A DNA stretch of 62,549 bases, the filler included, from Candidatus Delongbacteria bacterium (lineage in GTDB: Bacteria; UBA4055), in NCBI GenBank assembly GCA_016937995.1. It is 3 parts of 3 records of this genome, joined end to end, with 100 filler letters (N's around TTAATTAATTAA, not from the genome) between each part and the next. Parts side by side here need not be neighbours in the genome. Positions count along the whole stretch, not along the records: positions 1 to 31,460 come from JAFGVM010000074.1; 2 more parts are not named here. The stretch is one strand, 5' to 3'. Position 1 is the first letter of the stretch. Every line of letters begins with the position of its first letter. Below the pieces are notes generated by a model that was given only the letters and a program-made list of their open reading frames with translations, did no database searches and was not told the DNA's origin. The position numbers were made by a program, and so were the translations under genes. This document shows positions 18,305 to 28,435 of the stretch, one piece after another.

Positions 18305-19687
18305 ATGAAGAAGTTAATCGGAATGTTCCTGATGTTCTGTGTCAGTGCTTATTCTTTTGGCTCAACACTACTGTATGATACAACATCAGATAATTTCAAA
18401 ACTCCAATTTCTTTAACAGCTCTTGACCAGTCAGTTGCTCAAGTCTTAGATGCTCTTGCTGAAAGAGCTGGGGTCAATTTAGTTCAGAGTTCCGAAACAG
18501 TTGATAAGAAAGTTACACTCACTTTGAATGAAATACCCATCAAAGACGCTTTGGACCTTGTAGTAAGAGCTACAGATCTGAGCTATCAGATAATTGATAA
18601 CTCTATTATTGTTGCAACTCAAGCTAAAATTGACAGAGAGATTGGTTTAACAACATCAGTATTTGACCTGCAATATGCAGATGCAACATCTGTTAAAAAA
18701 ATGTTAGCCGACATTTCACAAAAAATACAGGTCGATGATCTGGGTAACAGAATAATTTATCAGGCCTCACCAAAAGTATCAAAAGAAATTGAAAAAGTAT
18801 TGATCAGAATTGACAGACCGCTTCAGCAGGTATTATTCAAAGCAAGGATTAAAGAAGTTGGTAACGAATCCGGTGAACGATATGGTATTGAGTGGGAAAA
18901 GATCAATAATTATTCAACCACTATCAGAGAAGGTGCATTTCAGGATTATGGTGTATGGAAATATGATGAAGCTGCAAATACTTACTCATTTGAATATGAC
19001 GAGGCAGATTGGCCTGTAAGAAATCTTTTCGGAAATTATACTGCAACTGAAGATTATAATTACTTCAGCCGTTCACCTTCATTTGCCAATGAAACAAATG
19101 CCGGATTTGCTAACCCTTGGCATAGAGTGATCGGTCAGGAATACGTTCTAAGTCTGGATTTTAAAAATAGAGATAACGATGCAACTATTCTTGCTGAACC
19201 TGAAATTGCGACTTTGAATAATAAAGAAGCTTATGTTCACATTGGAGATATTGTACCTTACACTGTAACTTCTGTAGAACAGGGAACAACAAAACAATCA
19301 GTTCAAAAAGAAGAGGTTGGTATTAAATTACGTGTTAGACCTATCATTAATGAAGAGAACGATATAACTGTTGAATTATCAACTGAAGTATCTTCAATTT
19401 TTGGATGGGTTGGTCCTAATTCAGAAATTCCTTGGGTAAAAGTTAGAAAAGCAAATACAACAGTTCGTGTCAGAGATGGACAAACTATTAGGATCGCCGG
19501 TATGTTATTAGAAGATGATACTTATACTGTTAATAAAGTTCCTTTATTGGGCGATATTCCTTTCTTGGGATATTTATTCCAGCATCAAGTAAGAACTAAG
19601 AAGATCACAAATCTGATAATCGAAGTAACTCCTTACATTATGATCGACGGAGAAATCGTAGTTGATGAAGAAGAGGAATTTGAATAG
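18305..19687 (+). CDS. pilQ: Secretin, PilQ/GspD family (STN + N domain + secretin)
   Basis: Signal peptide; LQYADA, AEPEIATLNNKEAYVHIG, KVPLLGDIPFLGYLF and EVTPYI motifs. Confidence 0.9.
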   Translation: MKKLIGMFLMFCVSAYSFGSTLLYDTTSDNFKTPISLTALDQSVAQVLDALAERAGVNLVQSSETVDKKVTLTLNEIPIKDALDLVVRATDLSYQIIDNSIIVATQAKIDREIGLTTSVFDLQYADATSVKKMLADISQKIQVDDLGNRIIYQASPKVSKEIEKVLIRIDRPLQQVLFKARIKEVGNESGERYGIEWEKINNYSTTIREGAFQDYGVWKYDEAANTYSFEYDEADWPVRNLFGNYTATEDYNYFSRSPSFANETNAGFANPWHRVIGQEYVLSLDFKNRDNDATILAEPEIATLNNKEAYVHIGDIVPYTVTSVEQGTTKQSVQKEEVGIKLRVRPIINEENDITVELSTEVSSIFGWVGPNSEIPWVKVRKANTTVRVRDGQTIRIAGMLLEDDTYTVNKVPLLGDIPFLGYLFQHQVRTKKITNLIIEVTPYIMIDGEIVVDEEEEFE

Positions 19688-19709
19688 ATCCAGAATAATT
19701 AGAAGCAGA

Positions 19710-20579
19710 ATGAAAATTCTGCTTCTTTTTTTTATATCATCATTATTTTTTAATTGCGCTCACACTTCTAGTGTGAGTTTTATTTATACTGGAAAAAGTA
19801 ACGGTATTCTTGAAAATTGTAATTGTCCTAAGAATATGTACGGTGGATTATTAAATCGCCTTTATTTTTTTAAACAGAATAAAGATTCAGTAGACCTGTT
19901 CATAGATGCTGGAGATATCTTTTCCTATAGAAAAGATGAAAACATAAATAATATTATATGTGAAATATTACCGGAATTTAATTATTCTGCGATTACACCA
20001 GGAGAGCTAGATCTGGATAAAATAAGCTCCATTACCGATCTTGCAATATCACAAAATATCAGTAATTTGAAAAAGGAAATATTTCTTGATGTGAATGGTG
20101 TTAAAATATGTGTCACAGGAGCAATAGATCCATCATTTATAAAATACGATAAGAACCATAAAATAATTGAAAATGTTGATCTGAACAGCATAATAAATTA
20201 CAATAAATCATTGAAAATCAGATCTGATATTTTAATTTTTCTTTCCCATATGGAAGTTGAAAATGAAAGAATATTATTTATGGAAAGCACTGATATAGAT
20301 GTAATGGTATCGGGTCATAGCGGTATAAGAACTTATGAAACTTTTGATAACAGAGTATATGTTTCTCCCGGAAGAAATTCAGAGTATGTCGGTATACTTA
20401 AACTTATTATGAACAAGAATTCTAAAGGAATGTATAATATTGAAGAACTTAGGAACAGATTCCATTCAATGCATATTGATTCAATTCCTGAAGACATTGG
20501 TGCCAGAATGCTGGTCGACAGTATGAAAAGTATAAATAAGATAGATATGAAAACAGAGAAAGATAATGATTATGAATAA
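19710..20579 (+). CDS. Lipoprotein, 5'-nucleotidase/UshA-like metallophosphoesterase N-domain with CxC motif
   Basis: Lipobox LFFNC; GILENCNCP..GGL, DAGD, LSHM and IDVMVSGH motifs. Confidence 0.7.
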   Translation: MKILLLFFISSLFFNCAHTSSVSFIYTGKSNGILENCNCPKNMYGGLLNRLYFFKQNKDSVDLFIDAGDIFSYRKDENINNIICEILPEFNYSAITPGELDLDKISSITDLAISQNISNLKKEIFLDVNGVKICVTGAIDPSFIKYDKNHKIIENVDLNSIINYNKSLKIRSDILIFLSHMEVENERILFMESTDIDVMVSGHSGIRTYETFDNRVYVSPGRNSEYVGILKLIMNKNSKGMYNIEELRNRFHSMHIDSIPEDIGARMLVDSMKSINKIDMKTEKDNDYE

Positions 20580-21618
20580 AATATTATCAGTTATTCTGCT
20601 ACTGACAATGTTCTTGTCACTCAATAGTAAGATATTGACAAATATTGAAGGTGTTGGTATCGCAGACAATAAACTGGAAGCTTTGTTTCAGGCTAAAAGA
20701 GATGTATTGGAAAAAAGTTTTGGCTTGATCCTTTCTTCAAAGAGTATTGCTAAAAATAATATGATAATTAATGACAGGCTTTTAATCAAATCAGAAGGCT
20801 ATATAAAAAAGTATGATATTGTTAAAGAATCTTTTGATGAGGGAATTTATCATACCACAATTAAGGCTGAAGTCACAGATCTTTTGGACGACATACTTAA
20901 AGATGAATTTGCAAAAAAGTTCCTTATCTTAGAAATGGGTTTCCCTAAATTCGGAGTAATTATTACTACGAAAGATAGTCTAAGAGAGAACTTTGCTGAA
21001 AATATCATCATTGATAATTTTATGAGATCATATTTTGATGTTCATAAGATAAATGATGAAAATTCAGATGAGCCTGATAAAGTAGATTTTATAATTGAGG
21101 GATCTGTGGATTACTCTACCAGTAAAATAAGCTCTTATAATATTGAGAATATGTATTCAGTACATACTCAAATAGAATGTCAAATCAGAGCAGCAGGCAA
21201 CGATAAAATTATCTCATCTGAAATATTTAAAACGAAGAAAGCTCATTTTGATTCGGTCGAAGCTAAAAGACAATCAATAGCATTGTGTTCGGATATGATA
21301 TCCAAATATTTAATTGAGGATTCAATTGAGAAATGGAGTAAATATTTTAATGAAGAGACAAGAAAATTAGATATTGTAATAAAAAATATTTCTTATGAAA
21401 CTTCTGAAAGATTACTGGCGGAACTGAATTATTTATTCAGTGGTACAGAATCAGTTTGTGCCAATGATTATCATGAACGCCACAGAACAATTATTATCAA
21501 TTCATTTATGAACGGGAACGATATCCTTGAAACTATTAAAAAATTTCTGTTAAAACATGATCATAAGGTCAGAGTAGAATCAGTAAATGAAAGTTGTATA
21601 AATCTAGAACTGATCTAA
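20566..21618 (+). CDS. Exported protein with FlgT-N/LPP20-like N-terminal domain
   Basis: Signal peptide; EGVG..EALFQAKRDVLE..SEGYIKKYDIV pattern. Confidence 0.5.
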   Translation: MIMNKILSVILLLTMFLSLNSKILTNIEGVGIADNKLEALFQAKRDVLEKSFGLILSSKSIAKNNMIINDRLLIKSEGYIKKYDIVKESFDEGIYHTTIKAEVTDLLDDILKDEFAKKFLILEMGFPKFGVIITTKDSLRENFAENIIIDNFMRSYFDVHKINDENSDEPDKVDFIIEGSVDYSTSKISSYNIENMYSVHTQIECQIRAAGNDKIISSEIFKTKKAHFDSVEAKRQSIALCSDMISKYLIEDSIEKWSKYFNEETRKLDIVIKNISYETSERLLAELNYLFSGTESVCANDYHERHRTIIINSFMNGNDILETIKKFLLKHDHKVRVESVNESCINLELI

Positions 21619-21730
21619 ATCTAATATTTAATAAAAATTCACTAAAATATTCTGAAAAATTATTTGTTATTTCGTAATAATTGCCATATTATTATCAGGT
21701 AATAAATCACGAACTACAGGAGCAAATCCA

Positions 21731-23176
21731 ATGGAAGATAAATTGATATTTGAAAAATCAAAAACAGGTAGAAAAGCTTATACTTTACCTAAATGGAACG
21801 GTGAAAAGGCCTTTGATGTTCCTGAGAAGTATTGTAGATCTGAAAAGATCGGTCTGCCGGAAGAAAGTGAATCAGAAATAATAAGGCATTATATAAATCT
21901 ATCAACAAAAAATCATCATGTTGATAAAGGATTTTATCCTCTTGGCAGTTGTACGATGAAATATAATCCTAAGATAAATGAAAAATTATCAAACCTGGAA
22001 GGCTTTACAGAAATACACCCTTATCAAAACGAAGATTCAATTCAGGGTGTGTTAGAAGTATATCATGAACTTGATTCAATGCTTTCAGAAGTATCCGGAA
22101 TGAGCAAAGTTTCATTGCAACCTGTAGCAGGAGCTCACGGAGAGTGGACGGCACTTAAAGTTATTAGAGCATATCACGAGAGTAACGGAAATCCGAGAAA
22201 AAAGGTTATTATTCCTGATACCGCACATGGAACAAATCCTGCTTCTATTATTATGGCGGGATATGAAGTTGTTCAACTTGACTCAACAGCCGAAGGATTA
22301 GTGGATATTGATGAGCTGAGAGAATATTTTGATGAAGAAACAGCTGCTTTTATGATAACAAATCCTAATACATTGGGATTGTTTGAAAAGAACATAAAAG
22401 AAATAGCTGATATAGTTCATTCAAAAGGTGGTCTTCTTTACATGGATGGAGCGAATTTCAATGCTCTTCTAGGAATAGTGAAACCCGGTGAATTGGGTTT
22501 TGATATCATGCACTTCAATTTACACAAAACTTTTTCCACACCTCACGGTGGTGGTGGTCCGGGGGCAGGACCTATCGGAGTTGTTGAAAAATTGATACCA
22601 TTCTTACCGGTACCTGATGTTAGTAAAGAGAATGGAAAATATAAGCTAAACTATAACATCCCTCAAACTATTGGTAAAGTACATTCATTCTACGGTAATT
22701 ATTTGATACTCGTCAGAGCCTATATTTACATGAAAGTACTTGGAAGTAACGGATTACACCGTGTTTCAGAGAATGCAATAATAAATGCCAATTACGTTAA
22801 AAAGATGTTAGATGGTTATTATGACCTTCCGTATAAGCAGCATTGTATGCACGAAGTGGTTTTTAGTGGTGAAAATTTAGCAAAGTATGGAATAAAGACT
22901 CTTGATGTTGCTAAAAGATTACTGGATTTTAATATGCATGCCCCTACGATCTATTTCCCACTTTTAGTACATGAAGCGATCATGATAGAACCTACAGAAA
23001 CAGAAGGGAAAGAGGTATTGGATAATTTCATAAACATTATGAAACAAATAGCAAAAGAAGCAGAAGAAAATCCTGAAAAATTAAAAATGGCTCCCGAGAC
23101 AACACCGGTTAAAAGGCTTAATGAATCTTTAGCTGCAAAAAACCTTAATTTGAAATATGAGAAAGGGTCAAATTAG
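21731..23176 (+). CDS. gcvPB: Glycine dehydrogenase (decarboxylating) subunit 2
   Basis: YPLGSCTMKYNP, AHGTNPAS and HFNLHKTFSTPHGGGGPG motifs. Confidence 0.96.
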   Translation: MEDKLIFEKSKTGRKAYTLPKWNGEKAFDVPEKYCRSEKIGLPEESESEIIRHYINLSTKNHHVDKGFYPLGSCTMKYNPKINEKLSNLEGFTEIHPYQNEDSIQGVLEVYHELDSMLSEVSGMSKVSLQPVAGAHGEWTALKVIRAYHESNGNPRKKVIIPDTAHGTNPASIIMAGYEVVQLDSTAEGLVDIDELREYFDEETAAFMITNPNTLGLFEKNIKEIADIVHSKGGLLYMDGANFNALLGIVKPGELGFDIMHFNLHKTFSTPHGGGGPGAGPIGVVEKLIPFLPVPDVSKENGKYKLNYNIPQTIGKVHSFYGNYLILVRAYIYMKVLGSNGLHRVSENAIINANYVKKMLDGYYDLPYKQHCMHEVVFSGENLAKYGIKTLDVAKRLLDFNMHAPTIYFPLLVHEAIMIEPTETEGKEVLDNFINIMKQIAKEAEENPEKLKMAPETTPVKRLNESLAAKNLNLKYEKGSN

Positions 23177-23206
23177 ATAAGTTTTCTTTAGTAATAAATA
23201 ATAATG

Positions 23207-23235
23207 AAAGAGGACCGTGTCCTCTTTTATTTTTT
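23207..23235 (+). terminator. Rho-independent terminator after gcvPB
   Basis: AAAGAGGAC-CGT-GTCCTCTTT followed by a T-rich tail. Confidence 0.6.
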
Positions 23236-23245
23236 ACGGATATCA

Positions 23246-26095
23246 ATGAAAAAGTTATACAAAGAATTAAAATTAGAAAATTATGTAGTGTTTGACATTG
23301 AGACTACCGGAACGGACTGTTTTTCTGATAAAATTATTGAAATAGCCGGTGTTAAGTATAAGAACGGTGAAGTTCAGAAGATATTTAATAATCTGGTAGA
23401 TCCGGGACTGATGATCAGTGAGCAGATCACAAATTTAACCGGTATAGAAAATTCTGATCTTATCGGTAAACCGGGAATAGAAGAAATCTTACCTGATTTT
23501 TTGGATTTTATAGAGGATCTGCCGCTCGTAGCCCATAATATTGATTTTGATCTGAGTTTTATCAGATATCAGATCCAAATGACCGGAATGCCTGAACTGG
23601 CAACTGATGAATTTCATGACACATTGCTTCTGAGTCAGATATTTTATCCGATAGGTCCGGCAAATCACAAATTATCCACTCTGGCGGAATTTCTCAATAT
23701 CGATACTGAAGGTTTCCACAGAGCATTAAATGATTGTATGGCAACCGGTAAGTTGTTCGAAAAGCTGATTGAAAAGTCCGTTACACTGACAGAGAACACT
23801 GTAAAAAAAATAACCAAAGTTGCTGGTAAATCAAAATATGTGAAATATTATTTTGTGAATTTGGCAAATTATTATTTGAAATCAGCGTTCGATAGAAAGA
23901 TCAGTAAGAAAGAGAAACGAGTTTCTATACCTAATATTCTTGAAAGATCTAATGAATTAGATTATGATGACCTGAGAAAATTGCAGGAGAATGATATTGC
24001 TGAAAAGGTATTTGCTGAAGGCGGATTATTAAGTAAGATCATACCGAATTATGAATACCGCGAGGAACAATATTTGCTTTCAAAGAAATGCGATGAAGTA
24101 TATACCACTGATAAGTTCCTTGTATCTGAGGCAGGTACCGGTATCGGAAAATCTTTTGCATATCTGGTCCCGTCAATAGTCCATTCTCTGATGAATGATT
24201 CGAAAGTCGTAATATCAACAAATACAAAGAATCTTCAGGAGCAGATTTTTTTTAAAGACCTTCCGGTACTTCACGAAATGTTCAATGAATCTTTTAAAGC
24301 GATCCTGCTGAAGGGCAGAAATAACTATTTGTGTATGAAAAGATTTGAAAATATCTGTCAGCATCCACTGGATAATCTTTCAGAAATAGAAATAATTCAA
24401 TTTCTTCCACTTATTTACTGGGCTGAAATTACAAGTACTGGAGATATTGAGGAAAACAGCGGATTCAAGATCGGTTTTGCCAGAAGTGCATGGAGTAAAA
24501 CTGTTTCAGACAAGGGTTACTGTTCAGGTAAAAAGTGTAAATATAATAAGCAGTGTTTTTTGCAGAATGTGAGGAAGAATTCATTTAAATCGAATCTGGT
24601 TATCGTTAATCATTCACTGCTATTTTCAGATCTGGCATCAGGAAATGCAGTTCTGGGGAACTTTGAAAATCTTGTAATGGATGAAGCTCATAATATAGAA
24701 GCAGCTGCAACAAAATATTTAGGTGTGGAATACAGTCTTTATCAGTTAAAAGGTTTAATTTATAAAATTTATAATTCGAGACAAAAAAATAATTTTTGCA
24801 AAAAGATAGAGAACTATTCTGATAAATTCCAGATCGATAAAGACGGTATATTAGAGCTTTCGGAGAGAATAAAGGATAAAGTTGACAGCTTTTATGAAAA
24901 AGGTATTGAGCTGTTCGAACTTGCTGCAGAACAATTAAATAAGAGATTAAATGATTCGAACAGGTTTAGAGGAGTTGTAAAGAACAGATACAAAGATACT
25001 TCTGAAATATTTAACGATATTGTTGATATACAGATATTCAAAAAATTGAACGAGGAGTTGATAGGTCTTATAAAAAGAGTTAGTATTGCCCTGAAACAGG
25101 AATCAGAAAAAAATATAGACCATGAAGAATTATTCCTTGAAAGTCAGTCAATTCTTGAGCAGGCACAATCAAGTTATGATTCTTTTTTATTCCTTACACA
25201 GGCCCAGAGAGAAAATGATGTATTCTGGTATGAGCTTACTCAAAAAGATTCAAATATGTATTTATCATTATTCAGTGCTCCTTTAAATGTTTCAAAGATA
25301 CTTCATGATAACCTGTACAGTGTAATGAAAAGTATTATTTTTACAAGTGCCACACTTACTATAGAAAATAGATTCAAGTATATGATCAGAAAATTAGGTC
25401 TGGACCTGATAGACGAAAATAAAATTGAAACTTTAATGCTCGGATCGCCTTTTGACCTTGAAAATCAATTGAAGATCGTGATACCATCCTATTTTGCTAT
25501 TCCGAGGAACAGTATTGTTTTCGATAATGATATAACAGAATTTCTAAGCCATCTGGCTTCAGAAAACGATGATGGTACTCTTGCATTGTTTACGAGTTAT
25601 AAACAAATGCGGGACATTGCAGGAAAGATCAGAGAAATATTTGTGAATAAAAAAAGACTTTTCGCAGTTCAAGGTTCTGACGGGAACAGATCAGAACTGA
25701 TAAAGCAGTTTAAGAGTGTAACGAATTCATTTCTTTTTGGAACTGACAGTTTCTGGGAGGGAATAGATGTGCCCGGTGATGCATTACACACACTTATTAT
25801 AATTAAGTTACCGTTTGCTGTTCCAAGTGAACCTGTTATACAGGCCAGGATAGAAGAGATCGAAAAGAAGGGTAATGATGCCTTCATGTTCTATTCAGTT
25901 CCTGAAGCTATCCTTAAGTTAAAGCAGGGGGTAGGCAGATTGATAAGGCATAATTCAGATCAGGGAATAGTATATATTTGTGACAGCAGATTAAGTAATA
26001 CACGATGGGGAAAAGCGTTCGTTAACTCTTTGCCGGTAGAACCGGTCATTGCTGATTCTTTAAGTGTCCTCAAGAGCATATCAAAAAAATATTAA
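23246..26095 (+). CDS. dinG: DnaQ-type exonuclease / DinG helicase fusion
   Basis: FDIETTG and AHNIDFD (DEDDh); EAGTGIGKS, DEAH, FTSATL, FWEGID and QGVGRLIR; start placed at ATG 23246, after the terminator. Confidence 0.92.
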   Translation: MKKLYKELKLENYVVFDIETTGTDCFSDKIIEIAGVKYKNGEVQKIFNNLVDPGLMISEQITNLTGIENSDLIGKPGIEEILPDFLDFIEDLPLVAHNIDFDLSFIRYQIQMTGMPELATDEFHDTLLLSQIFYPIGPANHKLSTLAEFLNIDTEGFHRALNDCMATGKLFEKLIEKSVTLTENTVKKITKVAGKSKYVKYYFVNLANYYLKSAFDRKISKKEKRVSIPNILERSNELDYDDLRKLQENDIAEKVFAEGGLLSKIIPNYEYREEQYLLSKKCDEVYTTDKFLVSEAGTGIGKSFAYLVPSIVHSLMNDSKVVISTNTKNLQEQIFFKDLPVLHEMFNESFKAILLKGRNNYLCMKRFENICQHPLDNLSEIEIIQFLPLIYWAEITSTGDIEENSGFKIGFARSAWSKTVSDKGYCSGKKCKYNKQCFLQNVRKNSFKSNLVIVNHSLLFSDLASGNAVLGNFENLVMDEAHNIEAAATKYLGVEYSLYQLKGLIYKIYNSRQKNNFCKKIENYSDKFQIDKDGILELSERIKDKVDSFYEKGIELFELAAEQLNKRLNDSNRFRGVVKNRYKDTSEIFNDIVDIQIFKKLNEELIGLIKRVSIALKQESEKNIDHEELFLESQSILEQAQSSYDSFLFLTQAQRENDVFWYELTQKDSNMYLSLFSAPLNVSKILHDNLYSVMKSIIFTSATLTIENRFKYMIRKLGLDLIDENKIETLMLGSPFDLENQLKIVIPSYFAIPRNSIVFDNDITEFLSHLASENDDGTLALFTSYKQMRDIAGKIREIFVNKKRLFAVQGSDGNRSELIKQFKSVTNSFLFGTDSFWEGIDVPGDALHTLIIIKLPFAVPSEPVIQARIEEIEKKGNDAFMFYSVPEAILKLKQGVGRLIRHNSDQGIVYICDSRLSNTRWGKAFVNSLPVEPVIADSLSVLKSISKKY

Positions 26096-26179
26096 ACTTA
26101 AAGCTCAAAAAATTTCCTTGCAGAGATGAGTATCTTTGGAATATATTCTATTGTAAATAACTAAAAAATCAGGTCAAAT

Positions 26180-27289
26180 ATGTTTCAGTATCTATCTTAT
26201 TTATCAGTGGATCATAAATTCTTATCTTTTTTAAGATTATTCGATTCCATAATGTTCAGATCGATGGCGGCAATGATAACAGCGCTATTATTTTCACTGA
26301 TAGTAGGAAATAAGATCATTATATTGCTATATAAGAAAGGAATGAGAGATATTGTCAGAGATTACGGTAATATAGGCGTAAGTGATAAGAACGGTACTCC
26401 TGTGATGGGTGGATTGATAATAATTTCATCACTTGTATTTTCTATTTTGCTCTGGTCAAATCTTCGTTCAACTTTTGTTCTTTTATCCCTGTCCGCGATT
26501 CTCTGGTACGGATATATAGGGGCACTTGACGATATTAAGAAAGTTAAGTACCGTAACAGTGATAAAGGAATGAAGCAGCTTACAAAGATAATTCTGCAGG
26601 GTATTTTCGCGTTGGTAATCGCTTTGATATTCTATTTAAAAGAAACGACCCCGTTCCCTGACGGGCTTGTTTCAAATATGACAATTCCATTTATAAAAGG
26701 AAATTTCTTCATAGATCTTGGATGGTTCTATATTCCATTTGCCACATTTACAATGCTTGCTATTTCCAATGCTGTTAATTTTGCAGACGGACTGGATGGA
26801 CTTGTTATTGTTCCGTCAATAGTGACAGGAATAGTGTATGGTGTGTTCGCATACATAATCGGGAATATTAAATTTTCGGAATATTTATTGTTTAACTATA
26901 CTCCGGGAACAGGTGAATTAACCATTATAATGTCAGCTTTATTCGGAGCGGGTCTGGGATTTTTATGGTATAATTGTTATCCTGCAACTGTATTCATGGG
27001 AGATACCGGTTCAATGGCGATCGGAGGGCTGTTAGGAGTTACGGTTCTGGCGACAAAGCAGGAATTGATATTCCTTATTGCAGGAGGTATTTTTGTAGCC
27101 GAAGCAGCGTCTGTATTGATCCAGGAGAAGATAGGGATCAACTGGCTGGGGAAAAGAATATTCTTTAGAGCACCACTTCATCATACTTTCCAGTTCAGAG
27201 GTATTTCAGAGACAAAAATAGTTCAGCGTTTCTGGATAGTAAGTATTATTCTGGCAATGATAAGTTTGATATCGATAAAAGTAAGATAA
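26180..27289 (+). CDS. mraY: Phospho-N-acetylmuramoyl-pentapeptide transferase
   Basis: GTPVMGG, SNAVNFADGLDGL, FMGDTGS and APLHH motifs. Confidence 0.95.
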   Translation: MFQYLSYLSVDHKFLSFLRLFDSIMFRSMAAMITALLFSLIVGNKIIILLYKKGMRDIVRDYGNIGVSDKNGTPVMGGLIIISSLVFSILLWSNLRSTFVLLSLSAILWYGYIGALDDIKKVKYRNSDKGMKQLTKIILQGIFALVIALIFYLKETTPFPDGLVSNMTIPFIKGNFFIDLGWFYIPFATFTMLAISNAVNFADGLDGLVIVPSIVTGIVYGVFAYIIGNIKFSEYLLFNYTPGTGELTIIMSALFGAGLGFLWYNCYPATVFMGDTGSMAIGGLLGVTVLATKQELIFLIAGGIFVAEAASVLIQEKIGINWLGKRIFFRAPLHHTFQFRGISETKIVQRFWIVSIILAMISLISIKVR

Positions 27290-27315
27290 AAAAAGCGGGA
27301 TTACCCGCTTTTTTT
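27288..27315. terminator. Bidirectional Rho-independent terminator between mraY and buk
   Basis: AAAAAAAGCGGG-ATTA-CCCGCTTTTTTT between convergent genes. Confidence 0.85.
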
Positions 27316-27331
27316 AAGAACTAAAATTATT

Positions 27332-28405
27332 TTATACATAATCTATAGGTTCGATCTCTTTGTTAAGAACCATTAAACCGTTCATCGCAAGTGCTTCCAT
27401 TTCGTCTTCACCAGGGTAAACAGTTATCGGAGCGATCCAGTCACATATTTCTCTCATTTTTACTATGAAAGGTTTGTTATAAGCGATACCGCCGGTGATT
27501 ATGATCTGATCTACTTTTCCGTAAAGAACGGTTGCCATTGCTCCAATAGACTTAGCTATCTGATAAGCCATTGCACAATGAATAAGCTTAGCTTTTTCAT
27601 CACCGTCAGCGACCCTTAATTCAACTTCATAAGCATCGTTAGTTCCCAAATATGCAGCAAATCCACCCTGTCCAGTGACCATTTTTTTCATTTCGTCCTG
27701 AGTATACTTTCCGCTGAAAGCCATTGCAATTACATCTCCCACAGGTAATGTACCACTTCTTTCAGGTGAGAAAGGGCCTTCTCCGTCAATTGCCTGATTT
27801 ACATCGATAACTTTTCCGTTCTTGTGACCACCGATAGATATTCCACCACCAAGGTGTACAACTATAAGGTTAAGTTCTTCATATGGTCTGTCAATGCTTT
27901 TTGCATATTTTCTTGCAACGGCTTTCTGATTTAGAGCATGAAATATAGATACTCTTTCAAAAAGAGGATGTCCGGTTATTCTTGCAAGATCATGCATTTC
28001 ATCCACAACAACAGGATCAGCAATATATGCAACCGCATCAGGAAGGGATCTTGCGATATCATCAGCGATAAGTCCACCTAAATTACTTGCATGTTTTTTA
28101 ATTCCATTTTTCAGATCATACTTCATCTTATCATTTACTTTAAATACCCCTGAAGGAACAGGCTTTAGAATTCCGCCTCTTCCAACAATGATCTTCAGCT
28201 TGTCAAGATCGATCTCAGCTTCTTTAAGCTCTTTAAGTATTACGTTCTTTCTGAAATCAAACTGATCAGTGATCTCTTTGAACGGAGCAAGATCTTCTAC
28301 AGAATGTTTGATGTTTTTCAAAAATATCAGTTTTGATCCGGCATAAACTGCTATCTTTGTAGATGTTGATCCGGGATTGATAGCCAATATTCTTTGTTCT
28401 TCCAT
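27332..28405 (-). CDS. buk: Butyrate kinase
   Basis: INPGSTSTK, GRGG, HASNLG, HALNQKA, HLGGGIS and YPGEDEM motifs. Confidence 0.96.
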   Translation of the reverse strand: MEEQRILAINPGSTSTKIAVYAGSKLIFLKNIKHSVEDLAPFKEITDQFDFRKNVILKELKEAEIDLDKLKIIVGRGGILKPVPSGVFKVNDKMKYDLKNGIKKHASNLGGLIADDIARSLPDAVAYIADPVVVDEMHDLARITGHPLFERVSIFHALNQKAVARKYAKSIDRPYEELNLIVVHLGGGISIGGHKNGKVIDVNQAIDGEGPFSPERSGTLPVGDVIAMAFSGKYTQDEMKKMVTGQGGFAAYLGTNDAYEVELRVADGDEKAKLIHCAMAYQIAKSIGAMATVLYGKVDQIIITGGIAYNKPFIVKMREICDWIAPITVYPGEDEMEALAMNGLMVLNKEIEPIDYV

Positions 28406-28435
28406 TTTAGTCCTTCTTTTTATATTTATAAGTTT

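Noticed and set aside
19800-19850. Selenocysteine in the UshA-like CxC motif
   Set aside because: Both copies encode Cys at both positions; there is no in-frame TGA
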